A stretch of 64,000 nt of DNA from Methanomassiliicoccaceae archaeon (GTDB lineage: Archaea > Thermoplasmatota > Thermoplasmata > Methanomassiliicoccales > UBA472): positions 13,480-77,479 of the forward strand of contig CAVVVD010000008.1 in the NCBI GenBank assembly GCA_963751645.1. The letters are read 5' to 3'. The position numbers were made by a program, and so were the translations under genes. Of the stretch, positions 26,833-35,576 are shown one piece after another. Position 1 is the stretch's first letter. Each line of letters begins with the position of its first letter. The notes beneath the pieces are model-generated. The model ran no database searches. It had not been told where the DNA came from and saw only the letters and a list, made by a program, of their open reading frames with translations.

Positions 26833-27549
26833 TCAATCTCGCAGATCGAGGTCGATATGATCATGGTCTTCGCCTTCCAATTCCTCCACCTCAATTCTAT
26901 AATTTTGAATCGATAATGAATTGACCTGCCTTTCCGTCGACCTTATGATGGCCCTGTCCCTGGCGCTCTCCGCGGTATATCGCTTATGGCATTCATGACA
27001 GACGGTCTTGAGGTTGGTCGGATGGTCCGTCCCACCCTCGCTTCGAGGGATTATATGATGCACCTCGAGGCCCCTCAATTTCCCCGCGACGACCTGCCGT
27101 CCCTGGCGTCCACAATCCTGGCATGTGAACCTGTCGCGTCGCAAAATGGTGATGTGCACTCTCGGCCACAGCAAGCGCCGAAGCGCCTCGTCGCAGTCGT
27201 GGGAGAAGACCACTGTCCTGCTCCCATATAAGAAGAACTTCCGATCGCCCGCCATCCCCTTTTGATTCTCCCTATGGGAAGCCTTGAACATGTGCCATTC
27301 CTGGCAGAGCCTTCGGTTCAATGATCCCGGGGCGTGTCTCTTACCGCACCATTTGCAATGCACCGTACCACGGGAGTCCAATGGCGTCTCCTCGGCTCCA
27401 GCCACCTTGAAAGGGCACACCTTGAACATCGCTCCATCACATCGGAGCGGCCCACCCCGATCGATGCTCTGGAAGACCAAATCGAGGCCCCCGTTGTCCA
27501 GTTGACGATGCGATCCCAAGAGGCAATGCTCCCCTCCGGCACCGGTCAA
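26833..27549 (-). CDS. HNH endonuclease with an N-terminal Cys-rich region
   Basis: 238 aa. C-terminal DRFTCQDCGR...LEVHHIIPRSEGGTDHPTNLKTVCHECH is a canonical HNH motif. Confidence 0.75.
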   Translation of the reverse strand: MTGAGGEHCLLGSHRQLDNGGLDLVFQSIDRGGPLRCDGAMFKVCPFKVAGAEETPLDSRGTVHCKWCGKRHAPGSLNRRLCQEWHMFKASHRENQKGMAGDRKFFLYGSRTVVFSHDCDEALRRLLWPRVHITILRRDRFTCQDCGRQGRQVVAGKLRGLEVHHIIPRSEGGTDHPTNLKTVCHECHKRYTAESARDRAIIRSTERQVNSLSIQNYRIEVEELEGEDHDHIDLDLRD

Positions 27550-27628
27550 TCTATACCTGCAGCTCGTCCCATCCCCTCTAGACTTAAATGATGAGAAGGA
27601 AATAAAAGGTTTGAGATGCCGTCGGTCC

Positions 27629-30600
27629 TCAGATCGTCCCGTCCACTTCCTTCTCCAACAGGTTCATCTCATGCGGGTCGAGGGTGGAAGGGTTCAGCAC
27701 CATCAGCAATATCGAATGGTTTATGGCCACCTGGTCACGCAACGACTGCAGGAAACGCAGCACGGTGAGGAAATTGTTGTTGGTGATCAGATATTCCAGC
27801 CCATCCAATAGGACGATTCCGCCGCCATTGCCCAGGAACGTCTCGAGGGAATATGACAGCTTCTCCAGGTCTTTGGGCCTCAGCGAGTTCTCCTTACCTA
27901 CGTTGGAGAGCCAGACGATCGGTGTCTCCCCGATGTTGTACTTGGCCTTGATCTTGACCGGATAGTTGCGGGTCACGCAATAGCCCTTCAGGCCCTTCCC
28001 GATCTCCTTCTCGAAATAGGCATAGGCGCGGTCGGAGCGGTCCTCCTTGATCAGGTAGCTGAAGGACCTCTCCAAATCCTGTATCACCATCATCTCGGCC
28101 ACTGGTAGCGCCTCCTCCTCGGTCTCCTCGGCCACTACCACTGGGGTGCCGCAGTTCGAACAGACCAACATGTCGGGGGCCACGGTCACGCCACACTTCT
28201 TGCAGGGGACGCTCTTCTCCAGGTTCCCCTCTGCCACGTACGCGAGGATGCTGTCGATCGTCTTCGTGCCCAGGCCCTTGACGTTCTGGAGGTCCTCCTT
28301 GCTTGCGTTCTTCAACTTCTCCGGGTTGAAGTAACCCGAATCGTAGAGCATCTCCGCCTTCAGATGGTTGACACGGGGTATGCGCATGAGCAACGGCAGC
28401 ATGCGTTCCTTCGGCAAAGGTTCGGAGGATGCGGAGCCCTTTCCGCATTTTGGGCATTGCCGCTGGGCGTCCAACAGACCGTTGCAGGATACACATCGGT
28501 CGGCCGACGCGTTCTGACGGGAAAGGGCATGGACGATCTTTTTGGCATCGGGCCTGGTCAGACCTGGGATCACCGCTAGCTTCTCCTCATCCAATTCACG
28601 GAGCGAGTCGACGGACCGGTATTCAGCGTCCACTAGTGCGAGCGCCATCTTCTGCGTCATCCCAGGGAGTTCCATGAGGTCCGAGATGGCGTCGCGGATG
28701 TGCAACGACGTTATGCCGAGCGAAAGCTTCTCGCCCTCGATGTCCCATTGGACCTTGTACTCCCCGCTGGGCTGGTTCATGAACTGCATGCGCCGGCAGC
28801 GCGTCTCTGACATGATGTGGTCCATCCAGACCTTCACATACTCCTCGATCTTGGCGGGGGCGTTCAGCTCCACGGCGATGAACTCCTCGACGTCGAGCTT
28901 CATGTCCTTCCTCATCTGTTGGATGCGGCGGATGAGTTCTCGGGAGTATCCTTCCGCCTCGATCTCGGCCGTGATCTGGAAGTCGAGGTAGATCTGTCCA
29001 CCGCTGTACTTCACGGCCATGACGTCGGGGGGCAATGCCGCCTCGAAGGATACCATGTTCGGTTCGATGCTCAGATACTGTCCTTCGATGCCGAGCTGGT
29101 ACTCGCCCTTCTCCACCGACTCCTTGATGAGGCGGGCGGGCCGCGACCGGAGCAGGACGGCGATCTTCGCCGCCCACTGGCGGTAGACCTTGCCGATGGC
29201 GTTGGGGTTCGGTACCACCGTGAGCACCGTCTCATCCCAGTCCTTTCCAGGTTCCACGTACTCGATGCGCTTCACGTTGGCCTGTTGCAGCAGGATGTCC
29301 TGCAGTGCCTTGACGGCCTCCATGGAGTCGGCGGTCTCGGGAAGGACAATCATCCTCTTCAATGGCCAGCGCAACTTGACCCCGCGGGTCTGACGCTCCC
29401 TCGTGACGATCTCCACGATCTCCTTGACCGTGTTCATCGAGGTCTCCAGACGCTCATCCAATTTGGTGAGGTCGGCGGTGGGCCAGTCGAGCATGTGCAC
29501 CGTGTCCTTGCTGCCGTCCATCGCACGGTACACCTGTTCGGTGATGTGTGGACAGACGGGGGCCAGCATCATGTTCAAGGATGCGATGGCGTCGAACAGC
29601 ACACGGTAGGCGGAAAGCTTGTCCAGGTCGCCCTCCTCGCTCCACATGCGGTCGCGGATGAGACGCACATACCAGCGGGACAGGTCCTCGAGGATGAACT
29701 CCTCCATTGCACGGGTCGCCTTGTGCATCTCGTAATTGTTCATGTCCCTGGTGACCTCGCTCTTGAGCTTCTCCACACGGGAGATGAGCCAGCGGTCCTC
29801 GGGACGGAGGTGGGACTCCAACTTGTCCATGGGCCATTCTGTCGATTCGAAGTTGTCTATCACCATGTAGGTGGTGGCGAAGTTGACCACGTTCCAAAAG
29901 ACGTTCAACATCTTCCGGGCGCTCTTGACCCCTTCCCATTGGAAGCTGGTGTCCTCCCATGGGGCGGACGCGCGCATCAGGTAGAATCGCAGGGCGTCAG
30001 CGCCATAGTCCTTGACCACCTTCTCCGGTTCGATGACGTTTCCCTTGCTCTTGGACATGGGCTGCCCATCGGGGTCCAGCATCCATCCGTGCATGAGCAC
30101 GCTCTCGTAGGGGGCCCGCCCGAAGGCCATGACGCCCGCGGCGAGCTGGGAATAGAACCATCCTCTGGTCTGGTCATGTGCCTCGCATATCCATTTGGCG
30201 GGCCATAGCCTCTCGAAGTCCGCCCGTTGGCGGGGGAAACCCAGCTGAGCCCATGAGGCCACGGCGGAATCGAACCATACGTCCAGTACGTCCGGTATGC
30301 GCCTCATCGTCTCCCCGCACTTGGGGCACTTCATGGTGACGCCATCGATCCAGGGCCTGTGCAGGTCCATGTCCCGGCGGAACCCGTCCGCCTTCTCTAG
30401 CTCCTCGGTGGTCCCGATCACCTTGATCTCGTTGCACTTCTGGCAGGTCCATATGGGCATGGGTATGCCCCAATAACGCTGCCGAGAGATGCACCAGTCC
30501 CGTGCGTTGGAGACCCAATCGTACTCTCTGGATGATCCGGCCCAGTCCGGGGTCCAACGGATCCGTTCCACCTCCTCGAGCATATGGTTCTTGACCTGGG

Positions 30601-31894
30601 AGACCTTGAGGAACCACTGGTTGGTGGTGCGGAATATTATCGGGGAGTTGCAACGCCAGCAATGACCATAGCGATGCGATAGCGTGGTGCGGTGGAACAT
30701 CCGGTCCTTCTCTTCCAGGTCCTGGATGATCATCTCGTTCGCCTTCTTGATGTGCATGCCAGCATAGCGCTGGCCAACGCTCTCCGTGTAGCGACCGGTC
30801 TCGTTCACCGGGCAGAACGGCTCTATGCCGTACTCCTTGCCGAGATCGAAATCCTCCGGACCGAAGCCCGGGGCGATGTGGACTAGCCCGGTGTTCGCCG
30901 CCTCGACGGTCTTGGATGGTATGACGCGATGCACCCATTTTCCCCGGACTTCCTTCTGGTATGGGACGGTCTCCTCGAAAATCGAGACATACTCCTTCCC
31001 TACCAGGTCGTCCCCCTCTATCTCCTCCAGGATGTCATACTTCTCCCAACCGGCCATCTCCCGGATCTGTTCGACCAGGTCCATCATCACTATGACCGTC
31101 TCGGTCTCGCCGATGCGCCGGTAACGCACCTTGGCGTAGCGGAAGTCGGGATGGGCGGCCACGGCCAGGTTGGCCGGGAGGGTCCACGGTGTGGTGGTCC
31201 AGATGAGCAGGAAGACCTTGGGGTCGTCGCGGAGCGGGAACTTGACATATATCGAAGGGTCCCGCTCGTCAGAATATTCGATCTCCGCCTCAGCGAGCGC
31301 CGTCTCGCATCGAGGACAGGAGGGAAGCACACGGTTGGCCGGTGCGAGAAGGCCCTTGTCATAGGCACGCTTCAGCGTCCACCAGGCCGCCTCGATGTAA
31401 TATGGAGCAATGGTGAGATAGGGGTTGTCCCAATCCATCCAGACCCCCAGTTCGGCGAATTGGACGTTCATCTTCTGCTGGAACTCCATGGCGAAGTTCT
31501 TGCAGGTGGAGACGAAGCGGTCGATGCCATACTCCTCGATCTCCTTCTTGTTCTTCACCCCGATGCTCTGCTCCACCTTCACCTCGATGGGGAGCCCGTG
31601 CATGTCGTAGCCGGGCCTGTCGAACACATTGTAGCGCTGCATGCGCCGGAAGCGGACATAGCTGTCCTTGATGGTCTTGTTGAGGGTCGTCCCCAAATGA
31701 ATGGCGCCAGTGGTGTAGGGCGGACCGTCTACGAAGTAGTAGTCGGGACCGCCGGACCTAAGCTCCTTAGTCTTGCGATAAGCATTGGTCTGTGCCCAGT
31801 ATTCCCGCACCTGCTTTTCCAGCTCGGCGGGGTTGTAGTTGCTCTGGATTGGCTTTATCATCGCCTTTTCCCTTCCTTGCCCAGAATATGACAT
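27629..31894 (-). CDS. ileS: Isoleucine--tRNA ligase with a ~357-aa C-terminal HhH / zinc-ribbon / DUF835-like extension
   Basis: 1421-aa uninterrupted ORF. HIGH-type PPYTTGAIHLGT, editing-domain TTTPWTLPAN, KMSKS-type PMSKSKGN. The core ends about ...WDIEGEKLSLGITSL (residue ~1064). The extension is described in the findings. Confidence 0.9.
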   Translation of the reverse strand: MSYSGQGREKAMIKPIQSNYNPAELEKQVREYWAQTNAYRKTKELRSGGPDYYFVDGPPYTTGAIHLGTTLNKTIKDSYVRFRRMQRYNVFDRPGYDMHGLPIEVKVEQSIGVKNKKEIEEYGIDRFVSTCKNFAMEFQQKMNVQFAELGVWMDWDNPYLTIAPYYIEAAWWTLKRAYDKGLLAPANRVLPSCPRCETALAEAEIEYSDERDPSIYVKFPLRDDPKVFLLIWTTTPWTLPANLAVAAHPDFRYAKVRYRRIGETETVIVMMDLVEQIREMAGWEKYDILEEIEGDDLVGKEYVSIFEETVPYQKEVRGKWVHRVIPSKTVEAANTGLVHIAPGFGPEDFDLGKEYGIEPFCPVNETGRYTESVGQRYAGMHIKKANEMIIQDLEEKDRMFHRTTLSHRYGHCWRCNSPIIFRTTNQWFLKVSQVKNHMLEEVERIRWTPDWAGSSREYDWVSNARDWCISRQRYWGIPMPIWTCQKCNEIKVIGTTEELEKADGFRRDMDLHRPWIDGVTMKCPKCGETMRRIPDVLDVWFDSAVASWAQLGFPRQRADFERLWPAKWICEAHDQTRGWFYSQLAAGVMAFGRAPYESVLMHGWMLDPDGQPMSKSKGNVIEPEKVVKDYGADALRFYLMRASAPWEDTSFQWEGVKSARKMLNVFWNVVNFATTYMVIDNFESTEWPMDKLESHLRPEDRWLISRVEKLKSEVTRDMNNYEMHKATRAMEEFILEDLSRWYVRLIRDRMWSEEGDLDKLSAYRVLFDAIASLNMMLAPVCPHITEQVYRAMDGSKDTVHMLDWPTADLTKLDERLETSMNTVKEIVEIVTRERQTRGVKLRWPLKRMIVLPETADSMEAVKALQDILLQQANVKRIEYVEPGKDWDETVLTVVPNPNAIGKVYRQWAAKIAVLLRSRPARLIKESVEKGEYQLGIEGQYLSIEPNMVSFEAALPPDVMAVKYSGGQIYLDFQITAEIEAEGYSRELIRRIQQMRKDMKLDVEEFIAVELNAPAKIEEYVKVWMDHIMSETRCRRMQFMNQPSGEYKVQWDIEGEKLSLGITSLHIRDAISDLMELPGMTQKMALALVDAEYRSVDSLRELDEEKLAVIPGLTRPDAKKIVHALSRQNASADRCVSCNGLLDAQRQCPKCGKGSASSEPLPKERMLPLLMRIPRVNHLKAEMLYDSGYFNPEKLKNASKEDLQNVKGLGTKTIDSILAYVAEGNLEKSVPCKKCGVTVAPDMLVCSNCGTPVVVAEETEEEALPVAEMMVIQDLERSFSYLIKEDRSDRAYAYFEKEIGKGLKGYCVTRNYPVKIKAKYNIGETPIVWLSNVGKENSLRPKDLEKLSYSLETFLGNGGGIVLLDGLEYLITNNNFLTVLRFLQSLRDQVAINHSILLMVLNPSTLDPHEMNLLEKEVDGTI

Positions 31895-32011
31895 GGGCTA
31901 TTAAACCAACGGCCCTGGATTTCCCCGGGTCCCGTCGATGGCCATGGTGGGTCGATTCTTAATCAGGGGAGGGTATAATAATTGCTGCCCCGCCAATACC
32001 CCCGTTGATAA

Positions 32012-33043
32012 TCAGAAGAAGGAGTCCAGGCTCTTCTGCGTTCCCTTCTCCACCTTCATCGGCGCAGGGGGTGCCATCTTCTGCAGGGCGTTCTGAACGC
32101 GCTGCTCGCTGAAATCGTATTGACCGACCAACATTTCCACCACCTTCTCTACCTCAGGTGGACGGAGCTTGAGGTCATATTCGTCGGTATGCTCGAAATG
32201 GAGGAAGATCTCCTTGATCGAATCATACTCTGGTAGTTCCTTATCGAGGGTGGCTAACGCCCTTGGTGCGCTCCCGTGCTCCTTGATCAGCTTGTAGGCC
32301 TTCTTCGGTCCGATCCCTCTGATACCCTCGTTGAAATCGGTTCCTACCAGGATGCATAGGTCGATGAGCTGTTCCCTGGTCAGACCAAGGTGTGAAAGGG
32401 TGTCATCCAGCTCCAACATCTCCATCCGGATGTCACGATACTCGTTGCGACCGGGCATCTTCCTCCTACCGGCCAGGGTGAGGTTGCGCACCAGCCGGGG
32501 GGCTCCGAAGAGCAATGAGTCATAATCCTGGCTGGAGGCGGCCCAGACATCGCCCTTTTGTGCCATGTACGCTGCCTGCGCCTCCCCCTCCTCGGGGGCT
32601 TGGACAATGGGGATGCCAAGATGCACCAGGAGGACACGCGATGACTCCACTATCTCGTTGGTCAACCTCGACGACTGGGTGGCCTTGGAGTAGGCCTTCT
32701 GCATATCCCCCTCCCTGACCGCCTCCCGCCACTCCTCCTGGGCCTTGGCACGGCGCTCGCTCCGCTCCCTGATGGTGGCTGCCTTCAACCTGGATGAAAT
32801 TCCATCGAAAACATAGACAGGGCTGAGGCCTAGCTCTATGAGATTGGCGTTCCGGTTGAGCAGGCCGGCGAGGTGACTGGTCACCCTGCCCTTGCTGTCC
32901 ATGAGAGGTGCCCCATCTGGACCTCGTATCACCGAGAGGAACTGATAGATGGCGTTATAGGCATCGATGGCCACGGTCCTGCCCTTCAGCAGGGCGGGGT
33001 CGAGCTCATTGAACTGTACCAGGTCGGTAAGGTTCACTCCCAT
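32012..33043 (-). CDS. fen1: Flap endonuclease 1
   Basis: 343 aa. MGVNLTDL...AIDAYNAIYQFL...VYVFDG..., helix-3-turn-helix region LVGTDFNEGIRGIGPKKA, and a C-terminal PIP-like box QKSLDSFF. Confidence 0.9.
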   Translation of the reverse strand: MGVNLTDLVQFNELDPALLKGRTVAIDAYNAIYQFLSVIRGPDGAPLMDSKGRVTSHLAGLLNRNANLIELGLSPVYVFDGISSRLKAATIRERSERRAKAQEEWREAVREGDMQKAYSKATQSSRLTNEIVESSRVLLVHLGIPIVQAPEEGEAQAAYMAQKGDVWAASSQDYDSLLFGAPRLVRNLTLAGRRKMPGRNEYRDIRMEMLELDDTLSHLGLTREQLIDLCILVGTDFNEGIRGIGPKKAYKLIKEHGSAPRALATLDKELPEYDSIKEIFLHFEHTDEYDLKLRPPEVEKVVEMLVGQYDFSEQRVQNALQKMAPPAPMKVEKGTQKSLDSFF

Positions 33044-33139
33044 GCGTGCACCGGCGTCGTGGTCATCGGGGTGCCTCGCATAAATAGATAGTGCGGCGGG
33101 CGTCGAAATTATCTATGGCCCAGGCCCATCATCGGTGAC

Positions 33140-33352
33140 ATGAGCGACGAGTACGGTTTCAAGGGGACCAAGCCGGTCGAGGTCGGTAAGGTGTACCAGA
33201 TAGCCATAACCGACCTGGGGTCCCAAGGCGATGGGGTAGGCAAGGTCGGAGGTTTCGTGGTGATCGTCCCCGAGAGCAGGGTGGGGCAGACCTACAAGGT
33301 GAGGATAACCCGCGTCAGCAGCAAGATGGCCTTCGGCCAAGTGGTGGATTGA
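33140..33352 (+). CDS. Stand-alone TRAM domain protein
   Basis: 70 aa. VGKVYQIAITDLGSQGDGVGKVGGFVVIVPESRVGQTYKVRITRVSSKMAFG. Paralog of 898-1137. Confidence 0.8.
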   Translation: MSDEYGFKGTKPVEVGKVYQIAITDLGSQGDGVGKVGGFVVIVPESRVGQTYKVRITRVSSKMAFGQVVD

Positions 33353-33535
33353 TCATCCCTCTTTGAAGTAAGGCAGGAAGGCCGTGACGATGACCATGCC
33401 GATCCACATGAGGATGGACATGGCGATGCAGATGGTGGATTCTAGGTAAAGTGATATGGCCAGGAGTGCTATTGGCAGCACCACCAGGATGAGCACCAGG
33501 ATCAACATTCTTCTCGAAAAGTCCACGATTGCCAC
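33353..33535 (-). CDS. Small two-TM membrane protein (hypothetical)
   Basis: 60 aa with two clear hydrophobic helices. It fits exactly between neighbouring genes. Confidence 0.35.
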   Translation of the reverse strand: MAIVDFSRRMLILVLILVVLPIALLAISLYLESTICIAMSILMWIGMVIVTAFLPYFKEG

Positions 33536-33606
33536 TCGCCTCTGAATATAGTGTTCCGTTTATCAACCTTTTGGAGCCCCGGGTACATCTGGAAAGAGTA
33601 GAGGGC

Positions 33607-34014
33607 TCACTTTTCCTTGGTCTTCTTGACGAACTTCAGCCCAGACCAAGTGTCATCGATCGACGATACCTTGACATCGTTCATGCCATTGTTGACGCCC
33701 GTGTCCCGTACCACCTTGCCGGTGAGGTCGCTCTTCATTTGAGCGGATTCCTTAGGCCAGCAGACCCAGATGACACCCTCTGGAGCGAGGTAGTTCATCA
33801 TCTTGGGATATAGGTCGCCGAGTTCCTTCTTGACCTGCGTGAAAATGAGTATGAAGTCTGTGTCCGTGACCGGTTTTTCAAGCTCCACCACGTTCTTTGG
33901 CAACCTTCCCAGCACGGTATGGAAACCAGTGGGGGGGTTGTGCATATAGACCTTGAAACCGTCCTTGATCCCAAGCTTGTAGACGAGGGATTTCTTGGAT
34001 CCTATCCTTGTCAT
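33607..34014 (-). CDS. DUF3052-like hypothetical protein
   Basis: 135 aa. GVIWVCWPKESAQMKSDL...VSSIDDTWSGLKF resembles the DUF3052 pattern as I recall it. Confidence 0.45.
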   Translation of the reverse strand: MTRIGSKKSLVYKLGIKDGFKVYMHNPPTGFHTVLGRLPKNVVELEKPVTDTDFILIFTQVKKELGDLYPKMMNYLAPEGVIWVCWPKESAQMKSDLTGKVVRDTGVNNGMNDVKVSSIDDTWSGLKFVKKTKEK

Positions 34015-34102
34015 GTTCCAACCCCTTCTGGATATAACTTATATCTTACCCGAAATGCGTAATCCATCATAAAGCCATCTATAGGCATGAGCCTCGATGT
34101 CG

Positions 34103-34768
34103 TCATGCCTTTGTGCCCTGGCCATAACCTTTCCAGATGGCCAGCTCTGCGCCCATGTCCGCCAGACCGAAGAGGGCGTTACCTGCCACAAGCACCATGG
34201 CACCGGCGTCGATGCAGATCTTGGCGGTATGCCTGTTGATCCCTCCATCCACCTCGATCTCGTATCGGTAGCCGTTCTCCTCCTTCAACCGCACCGCCTC
34301 GCGGATCTTTGGGACGACGTCCGGGATAAAGGACTGCCCTCCGAACCCAGGATGTACGCTCATGATGAGCAGAAGCTCTATCTTTTCAAGATAGGGCATC
34401 GCCCTCTCGAAGGCCGTCTCCGGGTTGACGGACACGCCGGCACCCTTGCCCAGGACATGGATGGTGCTCAAGCTCTCCGCGACCTGATCGCTGGCCTCCA
34501 CATGTACAGTGATGAGGTCCGCCCCCGCATCAGCGAACTGCTTCAGATATCTCTCCGGTTTGACTATCATAAGGTGAACATCGAAGGGCAGTCTCGAATG
34601 CGAACGGACATGCTTGATGACCGTAGGCCCGAAGCTGATATTCGGTACGAACACGCCGTCCATCACGTCCACATGCACCCAGTCGGCACCGGACCTCTCG
34701 ACCCTTTCGACCTCCTGACCAAGGTTGGCGAAGTTCGCTGAAAGGATGGAGGGGGCTATCTTGACCAT
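34103..34768 (-). CDS. rpe: Ribulose-phosphate 3-epimerase
   Basis: MVKIAPSILSANF..., HVDVMDGVFVPNISFG, HLMIV, MSVHPGFGGQSF and VDGGIN motifs. The track ORF (to 35041) adds an Arg/Ser-rich extension that overlaps the usp gene and is rejected. Confidence 0.85.
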   Translation of the reverse strand: MVKIAPSILSANFANLGQEVERVERSGADWVHVDVMDGVFVPNISFGPTVIKHVRSHSRLPFDVHLMIVKPERYLKQFADAGADLITVHVEASDQVAESLSTIHVLGKGAGVSVNPETAFERAMPYLEKIELLLIMSVHPGFGGQSFIPDVVPKIREAVRLKEENGYRYEIEVDGGINRHTAKICIDAGAMVLVAGNALFGLADMGAELAIWKGYGQGTKA

Positions 34769-34781
34769 TGCCGCACCGCTC

Positions 34782-35258
34782 TCAAGGAACGACCAGGACC
34801 GCGACCCTGGAATGCTGGGTGACCTTCTGGGCGACGCTTCCGAACAAGAATCTCTGCCCTTCGCTGTCGCCTTTGCTTCCCATGATGATAAGGTCGTACC
34901 GGTCCTCCTCGGTCTCGCCCTCCGCCTCTTGCAATATTTGCTCCGCGGGATTACCGGAGACCACCTTCGTGTCGTAAAGTACCCTAGAGGCATGCATCCT
35001 TTCCACCGCCTCACAGAGCTTGCTGTTCGCCCTCTCCGCATCCTCGCAGGAAGGTTCCTTGCCCTTTCCAGAATAATACTTGATATCAGAAGGGCTTACG
35101 ACATTGATTATGACCACGCTGGCGCTGAACGACAGTGCCATCTCGATGGCCTTGTCGACCGCACGGAGCGAGTTCTCGGACCCGTCCACGGCCAGGAGGA
35201 TCCTCTTGATTGAGCATTGGGTCGGTGCGCATTTCATGTTCTCAGCACGGTATTCCAC
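34782..35258 (-). CDS. Universal stress protein (UspA family)
   Basis: ILLAVDGSENSLRAVDKAIE... and C-terminal LIIMGSKGDS...FGSVAQKVTQHSRVAVLVV (the G-x2-G-x9-G(S/T) region). The start is possibly Met at 35237. Confidence 0.75.
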   Translation of the reverse strand: MEYRAENMKCAPTQCSIKRILLAVDGSENSLRAVDKAIEMALSFSASVVIINVVSPSDIKYYSGKGKEPSCEDAERANSKLCEAVERMHASRVLYDTKVVSGNPAEQILQEAEGETEEDRYDLIIMGSKGDSEGQRFLFGSVAQKVTQHSRVAVLVVP

Positions 35259-35357
35259 CTCTTCGAAAATAAACTTACCGCATAGATGTCCAAGCCAGCG
35301 ATAGTATTTTTATAATCGCTCGGCAATTTAGAGGCATGGCGGAACGTAAGGTCCCCC

Positions 35358-35552
35358 GTGCCCGAGAACGATGAGTGCACGGTCAAAGGTTGTGGTAAGG
35401 AGGCAGAGAGGTCTATCTCCACTGAGTCCGCGACCGAAGCAGGGTTGGACATCATCGAAGATGCCCGCAGGGCCCACCTGTGCAAGGACCATTATAAGGA
35501 ATACAAGAAGAGGACCAAGAAGGACCGCAAGTTGGACAGCCTGGGCCATTGA
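35358..35552 (+). CDS. Small Cys/His-containing basic protein (hypothetical)
   Basis: 64 aa. C-x4-C ... C-x2-H arrangement (CTVKGC ... CKDH) and a Lys-rich tail. Confidence 0.35.
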   Translation: MPENDECTVKGCGKEAERSISTESATEAGLDIIEDARRAHLCKDHYKEYKKRTKKDRKLDSLGH

Positions 35553-35576
35553 CCTCCATGAAGGCGTGATCCATCA

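Noticed and set aside
28817-30208. 463-aa ORF on the plus strand, plus 30929-31891 (320 aa) and several others, inside the ileS locus
   Set aside because: They are antisense to a gene with unmistakable IleRS motifs. Their translations are Arg/His/Gly/Leu/Pro-rich with no motifs, as expected for stop-poor antisense frames in GC-rich coding DNA.
34769-35041. 91-codon N-terminal extension of the rpe ORF
   Set aside because: It is Arg/Ser-rich and overlaps the universal stress protein gene in another frame. The canonical Rpe N-terminus MVKIAPSILSANF starts at 34768.
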